From a virus (lineage: Duplodnaviria > Caudoviricetes): a DNA stretch of 41,861 nucleotides. Below the pieces are notes generated by a model. The model saw only the letters and a program-made list of their open reading frames with translations, ran no database searches and was not told the DNA's origin. Position 1 is the stretch's first letter. Each line of letters starts with the position of its first letter. Of the stretch, positions 25,397 through 33,202 are shown piece after piece. The position numbers were made by a program, and so were the translations under genes. The stretch lies in IMG/VR virus record IMGVR_UViG_3300043473_000010, positions 1 to 41,861 of that record. One strand, written 5' to 3'.

Positions 25397-27340
25397 CTAC
25401 GACAGCTTACTGCCCTTCATCGGTGGGTCCGGATTGAGTGATATCTCGGGCCACGGCCCCAGTTTCCTACGAAAGATGGTGGTTTGGCCGGGGCCGGGTG
25501 TTTCTCCTAGGGTGTCATTCCATACGCGCACCTTTTCTAAGCCCGCGGCTTTCAAAGCCGCTGAAATTTGCATACTCCGCTGATGGTTCTTGTGTGAATT
25601 GTCAAGTTGCATGTACGCATAGACGTAGTCTACCGTGACGTAGGCGTAAGTTTCATAGTCCACCTTACTGCCCGCTGTCAGCGACTTGTACCGGGGCAGC
25701 GTACGAAGATCACGGGTGGCCCGCTGCACTGTTTCAGCAAACGGTGAAAGAGTATTCCGCGCTCTGACAACCAACTCCGCCTTGGCACCCGGCATTTCCC
25801 ACCACTCGTAACCGTCCCTGAACATCTGCACCGCTTCCGCAAGTATCTGGTCGCGGTTTTGTTCAATCAGGTCCACTTCCACAAGGTATCCGCAGCGTAC
25901 CGGCCAGAAACGTCGCCCACCCGTTTCATCCGTGAGGTAGGTGTCCTCGTTCGTGGTGCCGACAATCACGCACTGTCGTTTCTGGGTAACGCTGAGCCGA
26001 CCATAGGGTAGGCGAAAGGTATCCTCGGAGGAAGACAGCAGTGATTTAATGGTGGCGTGGTCGGACTTCCGCATGGCCCGTAACTCGTTGATGTCATATA
26101 TCCACGCCCCGGCCATGTTCTGCAGAAAGTCCTTACTGCCCACATCGTGGACAGTGCTTTCCCGGTAGTAATCACCCCCGATTGCGCGTAGCGCACGGCT
26201 CTTCCCGATGCCCTGCCCACCTTCAAGGATCAGCATATTGTCAGCCTTACAGCCGGGGCGCAGCGCTCGGGCCACTAGGGAAACGAGCCAGTTCTTACTC
26301 ACGGCCCGTAGATATTCTTTGTCTTCCGCCGAGTTGCAGTAGTTTTCGAAGAATGTTTCCACCCGCTTTTCACCGTCCCACTTAATATCCTCCAGATACT
26401 CGACCAGAGGGTTACGGCGAAAACGTGGATTTTGGAACACCTTGAGGAGCGCATCTTCTATGGTGCCTCTTTTGAATGATGGTTCCACCTCGTGCTGAAA
26501 CTTGCCCAAGATACGGATGGCGTCTCCGTCTTCCATTGGCTTGTTGTCTATGACGGGCTTCTGCATAAAGGCGTCGTACCACACGTTATCCTTGAACCAG
26601 TCGTGGACTTGCATGATGCGGGCGGCGTTTTCTGCGTTGGGGATTATCCGGTCAAACTGACCCTGTGTTCTAGCCCCGCTGCGGTAGGCAAGGCTCGCCA
26701 CGCCATCCCACAAATCGTGTCCGTTGTGCCGGGGCAGCTTGTCAAATCCGGCACCATTGGTAGCGACTAGCCAGTCATCAAACCCGACCTTATCGCGGCC
26801 CTCGGGCAGTGTCACCACCACTGGAATACGGCCCGCGTCACGCAACGCCAAGCAGAGTTCAGCAAGACCATGCTGTACCTGCGAATTCGTACGATAGTCG
26901 CCATCGAAGATGATCTCAACCGTAGCTCCCTCCGGTATAGCTTCCAGTATGTGCGGGCTGACAGTACGGTGAACCCGCGCATTCTTCGGCCCTTTCCAGT
27001 TATGACAGCCGCCGATACCTATCGCCGTCATCTTAAGGAACTTCCACGCGGCGGCAGCTTTCTTTTCACCCTCTATAATCCAATGCTTCACGCGTTCGTG
27101 GGCACCGCGCCAGTCAGCACCGGGTACGAAGTATGGATAGGGAGCCACCCCCGCAGCCTGAGTATACTTGCTCCCGTCCTCCGCCGGTTCGAACCTGCGG
27201 ATACGGAACATGTGAGGGTGGACTTCCCCAGTGGGTAGGAAGTAGGGGATTCTATATCCGAAATTGCCTTCTAGTGCAACACGCATGTCTTCGGGAACAA
27301 GACCGCTCCGAGCAAGATCGGATACAATCAATTCCATCAT
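25397..27340 (-). CDS. Primase-helicase (DUF3854/Toprim-like primase plus VapE/VirE-like ATPase)
   Basis: IIEGEKKA, GIGG, FDGD, GFDDW; PGCKAD.MLILEGGQGIGKS, FRLPYG, GTTN, DETGGRRFWP. Confidence 0.9.
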   Translation of the reverse strand: MMELIVSDLARSGLVPEDMRVALEGNFGYRIPYFLPTGEVHPHMFRIRRFEPAEDGSKYTQAAGVAPYPYFVPGADWRGAHERVKHWIIEGEKKAAAAWKFLKMTAIGIGGCHNWKGPKNARVHRTVSPHILEAIPEGATVEIIFDGDYRTNSQVQHGLAELCLALRDAGRIPVVVTLPEGRDKVGFDDWLVATNGAGFDKLPRHNGHDLWDGVASLAYRSGARTQGQFDRIIPNAENAARIMQVHDWFKDNVWYDAFMQKPVIDNKPMEDGDAIRILGKFQHEVEPSFKRGTIEDALLKVFQNPRFRRNPLVEYLEDIKWDGEKRVETFFENYCNSAEDKEYLRAVSKNWLVSLVARALRPGCKADNMLILEGGQGIGKSRALRAIGGDYYRESTVHDVGSKDFLQNMAGAWIYDINELRAMRKSDHATIKSLLSSSEDTFRLPYGRLSVTQKRQCVIVGTTNEDTYLTDETGGRRFWPVRCGYLVEVDLIEQNRDQILAEAVQMFRDGYEWWEMPGAKAELVVRARNTLSPFAETVQRATRDLRTLPRYKSLTAGSKVDYETYAYVTVDYVYAYMQLDNSHKNHQRSMQISAALKAAGLEKVRVWNDTLGETPGPGQTTIFRRKLGPWPEISLNPDPPMKGSKLS

Positions 27341-27378
27341 GTGGGGAACTCTTCAGAGGTGGGGTGGCACGGGTGTAA

Positions 27379-27407
27379 AGTTTACGCCCGTGGCCGGTAG
27401 CATACAA
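27379..27407 (-). promoter_or_regulatory. sigma70-like promoter for the primase/TS operon
   Basis: TTGTAT - 17 bp - TAAACT; the -10 lies in a near-perfect palindrome at 27368-27392. Confidence 0.6.
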
Positions 27408-27433
27408 CCCCCAACTCGTTCTAAGACCTTGTT

Positions 27434-28261
27434 TTAATTGCCATTTCTGTAGGACGTCGGAGTGTAGATCTGCTTGGGAGTACCTTCTCCATTCTTAGCC
27501 CGACTCCACTTGTCAAACTCGCAGAGACAGTTCTGCAGATTCTGCGCGTCCAACGGTTTGGGGAGGGACTGGATAACGGGGATAAGCTCCACGCTCAGTT
27601 CTACCAGTGTTTCCCGAAAGAGCTGCGGGGGCCACTTGAACTTCAGTGGTCTGTCCATCACACGGTTCAGCCCCCGTTGGCTTCCCGGCCCCGGAGTACA
27701 CCAAGTCCACCAGTCTTCAGCGTTGGCGAGTACGGGCTGTTGCTTCAGGTCCGCCACCATCTGCCCCGCCATGAATGACCCTACGCCTCGGACCGCTTGG
27801 AACATATTCGCAGCCTCGGATAGTGTTTCCTGGCCCGATAGGTGGACCTCCTCGTGTACCCGCGTCACCAACTCCACGACATATTCCAGCTTGTCCTGTT
27901 TGATACCGTTGGTGCTGACGATGTAGGCGGGGTTGAATACCCGGTTGCCACTGGAGCGCCAGATGTTCAGGTTGGCTAGAACAGCCGCAGGCTCCCACGG
28001 GGAACACGGCCCCAGAGTCTTCAACGTCCGTGGCTCGTTAATGTATCGTGCCAGTGCCACCCGCGCTTCGCAGTGATGAGCATACGGTCCCAACCAGTCA
28101 GCGATGAACTCCGACACGGGGTCCCACTCCCGGTACACGTTGCAGAAGCGATACGTGCGGAGGATGGTATCCGCTGTCCATGGGGGCGGTTCGCCCCGGC
28201 CACGGCGGAGGGCCATTTCCACCCGTTCCTTGATGAAGTAGCTCAGGTCTACGATGTTCAT
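27434..28261 (-). CDS. 5-hydroxymethyluracil DNA kinase (aGPT-Pplase1 family)
   Basis: PWTAD.IL..YRFCNVYRE.D, GVGSFMAGQMVADL, PGPGS.RGLNR, QNCLCEFDK signature motifs. Confidence 0.85.
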   Translation of the reverse strand: MNIVDLSYFIKERVEMALRRGRGEPPPWTADTILRTYRFCNVYREWDPVSEFIADWLGPYAHHCEARVALARYINEPRTLKTLGPCSPWEPAAVLANLNIWRSSGNRVFNPAYIVSTNGIKQDKLEYVVELVTRVHEEVHLSGQETLSEAANMFQAVRGVGSFMAGQMVADLKQQPVLANAEDWWTWCTPGPGSQRGLNRVMDRPLKFKWPPQLFRETLVELSVELIPVIQSLPKPLDAQNLQNCLCEFDKWSRAKNGEGTPKQIYTPTSYRNGN

Positions 28262-29073
28262 GGCTGACGCGGTCCACGGCTGATGCGCGGCAGACCTTCA
28301 GCACGTTCTGCGATGGGGGCCGGGTAGCAGTCCGTCACGAGCTTGCCCCAAGAGATGACTACTTCCTTGCGGGGCTTACCGTCAAACCATCCGGCCTTTG
28401 TTGCTTTCTCCACTAGCCGGGTGTAGTCGGGGTGCCATCTGTTGATCTGCTCGTGGCAGGCGTTGTGATATTCTAGCGTCCGGTAGGTAGAAGCGCCACC
28501 GGGGGACTGACTTTCCTTTTGGTCCTGCACCGTGAGGTACGTGACCCAGTTGGAGTAGCCCATCCGTATCAGCTGGATGGTCATTTCCAGGTCGTCTACC
28601 GGGCAGGTAAACTTCAGGTCATGCTCCTTGATGATATCGGCCCGTAGTCCCCACGCACGGGTGATGCGCCCGTTGAGGACCGTATCCTCCTGATTGTTGG
28701 CGAACAGCCTCGCCCCCACGCCAACATGAGCATACTCCTCCAACGCCGCCGCGACATCCATCAGCGTTTGGTGAAGCTGTGGCCGGGAGGCGGGCAGATA
28801 CTTGCGACTGCCAGGAATGCGGCAGGCCCAGTTTCCCAAGTCGTCGTCCAGCATTAGGACGCTCTTGTCGGGGCTGTTGTTGATGATCCACTGGCGCGTC
28901 GCGCCAATGCGTTCGGCCGGACAGGCTACGGCAGTATATCCGGCAGCTTGAAAGCCCGTAACCTCTTCAGGTGGGCAGACAAGTGTGATGGGAAATACGG
29001 ATACCGGGGCCAGAATATCTGCCGTTTTCTGAAGCCGTGGTCCGCGACCTTTGGTGGGAATGTAGATGTGCAT
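28258..29073 (-). CDS. GT-A fold glycosyltransferase (TAGT/GREB1/JGT-like)
   Basis: IYIPTKGR, RQWI, MLDDD (DxD), DDLE...QL...GY.N, QSPGG.S.YR, HP..T.LV.K. Confidence 0.8.
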   Translation of the reverse strand: MHIYIPTKGRGPRLQKTADILAPVSVFPITLVCPPEEVTGFQAAGYTAVACPAERIGATRQWIINNSPDKSVLMLDDDLGNWACRIPGSRKYLPASRPQLHQTLMDVAAALEEYAHVGVGARLFANNQEDTVLNGRITRAWGLRADIIKEHDLKFTCPVDDLEMTIQLIRMGYSNWVTYLTVQDQKESQSPGGASTYRTLEYHNACHEQINRWHPDYTRLVEKATKAGWFDGKPRKEVVISWGKLVTDCYPAPIAERAEGLPRISRGPRQP

Positions 29074-29100
29074 GACTCGATGACCTCCAAATGTGATCAG

Positions 29101-29122
29101 ACCCCGGCACTCAGGCCGGGGT
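29101..29122 (-). terminator. Hairpin downstream of 29143..29808, possible weak terminator or processing site
   Basis: ACCCCGGC/GCCGGGGT 8-bp stem; poor U tract. Confidence 0.4.
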
Positions 29123-29142
29123 CTAACTGCTGCGACGGGAAA

Positions 29143-29808
29143 TTACGCTGCGGGGGTCGCTGCCGGGGCCGGTTCGTCGGCCTTGATAAACCCGTGGGCC
29201 AGATCGTACGCAAAGTCCGGACGCGTGAGACCTTCGGCAATCAGCTCGGTGAACGACTTGCCGACGGCGTACTTCGCGTACCGGGCGAACGCCGCGCAGC
29301 CTGCCCGCTTCGGGTTCGGGGCCACGTAGTTCAGCCGTTGGTCCAGCGTGTACGGTACGACGGCGGGCTTCGCCTTGCGCTTCTTCACCGGGGCCGGGAT
29401 GGGGTTGCCTTCGGCATCCAGCTTCGGCGGCTCTGCGGGCTTCGCTTCGCCAGTGGCGACCTTCTTGCGGGACTTCTTGGCGGGCGCTGCGGGGGCTGCG
29501 GTTCCGTCGGTGTTCACTGGGGCTTGTGCTTCCTGTGTCATTGTATACTCCGTTTGTGAGATGATATCCAGCTTGGCGCGGGCACGGTCGCTGATCTTCT
29601 TGTGACCAGCGATCCACACACGGGCAGCGTGAGCCGGGTTTTGGTTGGACAACACGAACTTCTTGGCGAACTGCTCCGACTTCATGGTGCAAACATCAAT
29701 GGTCGGACCTGCCATTGGATCGACGTAGGATACCCGGCCACCGAGCCGGTCTGTGACGATCACGAACTTCTTGTCTTCAACTCCACGGTGAACTTCAGCT
29801 TGTTGCAT
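29143..29808 (-). CDS. Hypothetical protein with Lys/Pro/Ala linker and C-terminal NPKR...DLAHGFI domain
   Basis: Own promoter and AGGAGG RBS; domain shared with 40765..41202. Confidence 0.8.
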   Translation of the reverse strand: MQQAEVHRGVEDKKFVIVTDRLGGRVSYVDPMAGPTIDVCTMKSEQFAKKFVLSNQNPAHAARVWIAGHKKISDRARAKLDIISQTEYTMTQEAQAPVNTDGTAAPAAPAKKSRKKVATGEAKPAEPPKLDAEGNPIPAPVKKRKAKPAVVPYTLDQRLNYVAPNPKRAGCAAFARYAKYAVGKSFTELIAEGLTRPDFAYDLAHGFIKADEPAPAATPAA

Positions 29809-29838
29809 AGACCTCCTTGTGTGGTGGACAGCAACCCC

Positions 29839-29867
29839 ATTATGCGCTCCGACCTAAAGGAATGCAA
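29839..29867 (-). promoter_or_regulatory. sigma70-like promoter
   Basis: TTGCAT - 17 bp - CATAAT. Confidence 0.75.
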
Positions 29868-29888
29868 GGACTATCGTCGATCGCTCCT

Positions 29889-31247
29889 CTACGAAGTAAG
29901 CGCGGCGAATAGCGCCCGCTGCGACTTATCCTTTCCGTGCAGCACGCGCAGGACCTTCATGTCCATCGTATCGTTGGCTAGGATATGATGGATGAATACG
30001 TGGGTGTTCGGGTTGCCCTGACGCCACACCCGTTTGAGTGCTTGGTCATACAGCTCCAGCGACCACGGCAGGCCAAACCAGATCACGTGATTGGATGTCC
30101 CCTGGAGATTTAACCCGTGGCCCGCACTGGCCGGGTGCGCCAACAATTCGGGCACGGCACCCGCGTTAAAACCGTTCACAAGCGCCTGAAGGCGGGCGGC
30201 AGTGGTAGCACCCCCAAGCCAAGCTCCGCGGCCCTGTAGGCGCTGTTGAATTCGGGCTAGGTCGTGGTCGTACTGGTAGAAGATAAGCGCGGGCGCACCA
30301 TTGAGCTCCTCTAACAGATCCATAAGCGCGTCCAGCTTTGCGTCATGGAGGATGGTGTAATCCGGTGCGGGGCTGTAGAGCGCACCGTTGCAGATCTGGA
30401 GGCACTTGTTCCCGGCCACCGCAGCATTCGCCGCCGTGACGACCCCGCTTGCTAGATCGGTGATAAAGTGGTTGTAGATGTCCTCGTAGGTGCGACGCGC
30501 AGCCGGGGGCAAATCCACCATCACGTTGACATTCACCAACTCCGGAAGCTCAAGGTAATCCTCCGCTGCTAACCGCAGACACAACGGTTTGATCTTCTCG
30601 TAGATTTCCTCCGCTGCACCGGGTCGCGGTTCCCACTTGAAGCCACCCGGCATAGGAGGAATGAAATACTGCATCCGGAAGTGCGTGATGTACCGGCCCA
30701 GTGCGGCCCCGCCATCCAGTAAGAATATCTGCGCCCACAGGTCTTCCAGTCCGTTGGCGCTCGGGGTGCCTGTCAGTATCCACCGCTTCGTGAATGCGTT
30801 CAGGTGTTTGCGGAGCGCCTTAAATCGTTTGGACTGGGAGTTCTTTAGCCGAGTGCTTTCATCCACGATTAGGCGGGTGGCCCCGGTGCGCTCTATTCCA
30901 TGCGCGGTCAGGAACCAATCTAGCCCCTCGTAATTCAGGACATAGATGTCTGCCGGTGTACGGAGTAACCTGTCTTTGTCCGGCCCGTGCAGGGTGATGA
31001 TGGACAGGTCGTTGAAATCTGCCCACTTAGCGACCTCACCCGGCCAGACGTTCTGGGCTACGCGCAAGGGCGCGAGTACGAGCGTAGAACCTTCTCCCAC
31101 CCCTTGCGTCTTGATAACCTTGAGCGCAGCCAGTACGGAGCTAGTCTTCCCCATACCGGGGTCAAGGAACAGTGCCGCTCCGCCACGTTCAAGCAAGTGC
31201 TTGACGCTACGGAGCTGATATTCGTGCGGGGTCCAAGGTTCACTCAT
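29889..31247 (-). CDS. SNF2-like SF2 helicase
   Basis: DPGMGKT, IVDES, LTGTP, HPASAGHGLNLQ, Q...RVWRQG. Confidence 0.92.
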   Translation of the reverse strand: MSEPWTPHEYQLRSVKHLLERGGAALFLDPGMGKTSSVLAALKVIKTQGVGEGSTLVLAPLRVAQNVWPGEVAKWADFNDLSIITLHGPDKDRLLRTPADIYVLNYEGLDWFLTAHGIERTGATRLIVDESTRLKNSQSKRFKALRKHLNAFTKRWILTGTPSANGLEDLWAQIFLLDGGAALGRYITHFRMQYFIPPMPGGFKWEPRPGAAEEIYEKIKPLCLRLAAEDYLELPELVNVNVMVDLPPAARRTYEDIYNHFITDLASGVVTAANAAVAGNKCLQICNGALYSPAPDYTILHDAKLDALMDLLEELNGAPALIFYQYDHDLARIQQRLQGRGAWLGGATTAARLQALVNGFNAGAVPELLAHPASAGHGLNLQGTSNHVIWFGLPWSLELYDQALKRVWRQGNPNTHVFIHHILANDTMDMKVLRVLHGKDKSQRALFAALTS

Positions 31248-31474
31248 TTCATCCCCGCTGCACGGTCATAGGCTTTTAATCTGTCAAGGTCACGACCGAG
31301 TTGCCCGATAGACCGCCCAAACACTTGAACTTCTGAGGGTACAATCGTGTTATCAATCACACGACTGTCTAGTCCGCGCATACTTTTCAGCACGGCTATC
31401 TCAGCCTCTTGCAGACGCACTTTTTCTTGCAGTGCGGCAAGTTCATCAACGAAGGCTTGTAGTGCGGGCGTCAT
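31244..31474 (-). CDS. Hypothetical coiled-coil protein
   Basis: ATGA-coupled on both sides. Confidence 0.65.
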   Translation of the reverse strand: MTPALQAFVDELAALQEKVRLQEAEIAVLKSMRGLDSRVIDNTIVPSEVQVFGRSIGQLGRDLDRLKAYDRAAGMK

Positions 31475-31551
31475 GGAAAGAACCTCCGGATGACCAGATA
31501 GACGATAAGAAATATCGCCATAGTCCAGAGCCAGTAGACATATTCGCTCAT
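31471..31551 (-). CDS. 26-aa single-TM peptide (not in ORF track)
   Basis: MSEYVYWLWTMAIFLIVYLVIRRFFP; ATGA overlaps at both ends. Confidence 0.55.
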   Translation of the reverse strand: MSEYVYWLWTMAIFLIVYLVIRRFFP

Positions 31552-31688
31552 GGCTTGCACACGCACATCACGCCGGTCTTCACCAACTCGGCAGTCTCAC
31601 GTTCCCACTTGGCACCGAATGCAATGCCGACCATCAGGCACATGCAGGACGCGGCGCAATAGATAAGAATAACTGTGGCGGGTTTCAT
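31548..31688 (-). CDS. 46-aa membrane peptide (not in ORF track)
   Basis: MKPATVILIYCAASCMCLMVGIAFGAKW...; ATGA overlaps at both ends. Confidence 0.55.
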   Translation of the reverse strand: MKPATVILIYCAASCMCLMVGIAFGAKWERETAELVKTGVMCVCKP

Positions 31689-31975
31689 TTGATTAGAGTA
31701 CTTTCCAGTAGAGCGAATCCCTCTTTGGTGTTATCTATAACTTCCACGCGGTAGCCGAGGGACACAAGCTGAGCGTGGATGTACGTCTGCAACCTGCGGG
31801 GTTCTTCTCCTTCACGCTTGTACTCCACCAGTAGCGGCTTCCCGCCGGGGATGAAATACAGCCTGTCGGGGAAGCCTCGCTTGCCCCGTAGGTTCAGTTT
31901 GATGTGCAGGATGTGGAGCTTATCCGCATACGTACACATCGCCTTTTCTAGGTCACTTTCTAGCCGGACGAACAC
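31685..31975 (-). CDS. VRR-NUC domain nuclease
   Basis: LESDLE, GFPDR, VEYKR, LQ...H..L...G; start reassigned to GTG 31975 behind GGAGG. Confidence 0.85.
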   Translation of the reverse strand: MFVRLESDLEKAMCTYADKLHILHIKLNLRGKRGFPDRLYFIPGGKPLLVEYKREGEEPRRLQTYIHAQLVSLGYRVEVIDNTKEGFALLESTLIK

Positions 31976-32640
31976 GGGCCTCCCCGGTTGCGCGAGTAGG
32001 AGCACCATTTGCAGTGAGCACCGGGCCGTGCCTTGAACTCTGCATCCATAGCCATTTCGTTGGCGATGTTCTCCCACCGCTTCAGCACATGCTGACTCGC
32101 AGCCTTGTTCATGGTGCGTTGGAGCTTGGCCCCCGGCCCAATGTCAAGATACCAATTTTCAGTCTTGGATACCTTCGCCTCCGGGTAGATAAGGAACGAC
32201 ACGGCGGCGTAGAGGTCCAACTGATTGGCGTGGGTGGCGCTCACCTTGCCGGTCTTGTAGTCAATCGTTTGGACCGTGTACTCCGGCACATCGTAATACT
32301 GGACGTCAAACACCATCCGCGCCCATGCGTCCTTCGCGAAGAAGTCTGTCGGTTGCCAGAGCGTGTTGAAGGCCACCTGTAGCTCCAGCTTGGGGCTCTT
32401 TTCCCGCAGCGCCATCAACTGTGGGCGGAACAACTCTAACTGAGGCGCACCGGGGGCAGGTTCGGGCAACTCCAGATGCCCCGGCCCGACGAAGTTCTCC
32501 AGAACGCTGTGCCAGTAGGTTCCGCGCTCGGCCGCTGCCCCCGGTGGATCGGGTATCTTGTCGATCACCTTGAACTTCACCTTTTGCGGGCACTGCTGAT
32601 ATGCGCTGAGGCGACTGTACGACCATTGCGTTATTCCCAT
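31960..32640 (-). CDS. PD-(D/E)XK (RecB/Cas4-like) exonuclease
   Basis: WSYSRL..Y.QCP, RGT..H, IDYKTG, QL.LY, C-terminal C.WC...C. Confidence 0.88.
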   Translation of the reverse strand: MGITQWSYSRLSAYQQCPQKVKFKVIDKIPDPPGAAAERGTYWHSVLENFVGPGHLELPEPAPGAPQLELFRPQLMALREKSPKLELQVAFNTLWQPTDFFAKDAWARMVFDVQYYDVPEYTVQTIDYKTGKVSATHANQLDLYAAVSFLIYPEAKVSKTENWYLDIGPGAKLQRTMNKAASQHVLKRWENIANEMAMDAEFKARPGAHCKWCSYSRNRGGPCSSG

Positions 32641-32987
32641 CTTTCTCTCCAAAGTCGTTGGGCTATCTCTTCCGTATAGCAGCTACGGAGTCTGACTAAT
32701 GACATCTGCTTACGCCGCTCATGCGAGCCATTATTCGCCCATGCGGATTGAAGATTACAGCGATGCTGTCCACGCGCCACACGATCACGCGCATTGTCTT
32801 TATCGGTGCCGCAATACAGATGCTCCGGGTTCACACACGCCTTGTTATCACATCTGTGCAGGATGTGCGCTCCCTGTGGAATGGGGCCGTAGAAGTTCGT
32901 GTAGGCTTCGCGGTGCGCGTACCCTCGTGCGTGAGTGTACCCGTACCCATGCTTGCCGATCTTCATGTCGGTAATGATGCAAGTCAT
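32631..32987 (-). CDS. HNH endonuclease
   Basis: AHR.AY...GPIP....LHRCDNKACVNPEHL..GT..DN. Confidence 0.9.
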   Translation of the reverse strand: MTCIITDMKIGKHGYGYTHARGYAHREAYTNFYGPIPQGAHILHRCDNKACVNPEHLYCGTDKDNARDRVARGQHRCNLQSAWANNGSHERRKQMSLVRLRSCYTEEIAQRLWRERWE

Positions 32988-33202
32988 GTGTTGGGTTCCC
33001 GGTAGGTCTTGCCACGGATTATGCTGCTGATAGACAACAGGGTAACTCCATACATGGTTGCGAGCTTGGCCTGCGAAATGTCCCCGGCAGCGTAACGGAT
33101 GCGTATTTCCCGCGCCTTTTCTAGTGTAAGCTTCTTTCCTAGGTTGGCCGTACTGCGAACAATGTGCGCTACCCCATCATCGCTGATCTGATATTGGGTC
33201 AT
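32984..33202 (-). CDS. Small helix-turn-helix protein
   Basis: KLT.EKAREIR.RY..G.ISQ.KLA..YGV....IS.IIRGKTY. Confidence 0.75.
   Translation of the reverse strand: MTQYQISDDGVAHIVRSTANLGKKLTLEKAREIRIRYAAGDISQAKLATMYGVTLLSISSIIRGKTYREPNT

Noticed and set aside
27364-27380. Second sigma54-like site TGGCACG
   Set aside because: No TTGC at -12, and it points away from the adjacent primase gene
31960-32640. Cas4-like nuclease as part of a CRISPR system
   Set aside because: No repeat-spacer array or other cas genes seen; such nucleases are routine in phage replication modules
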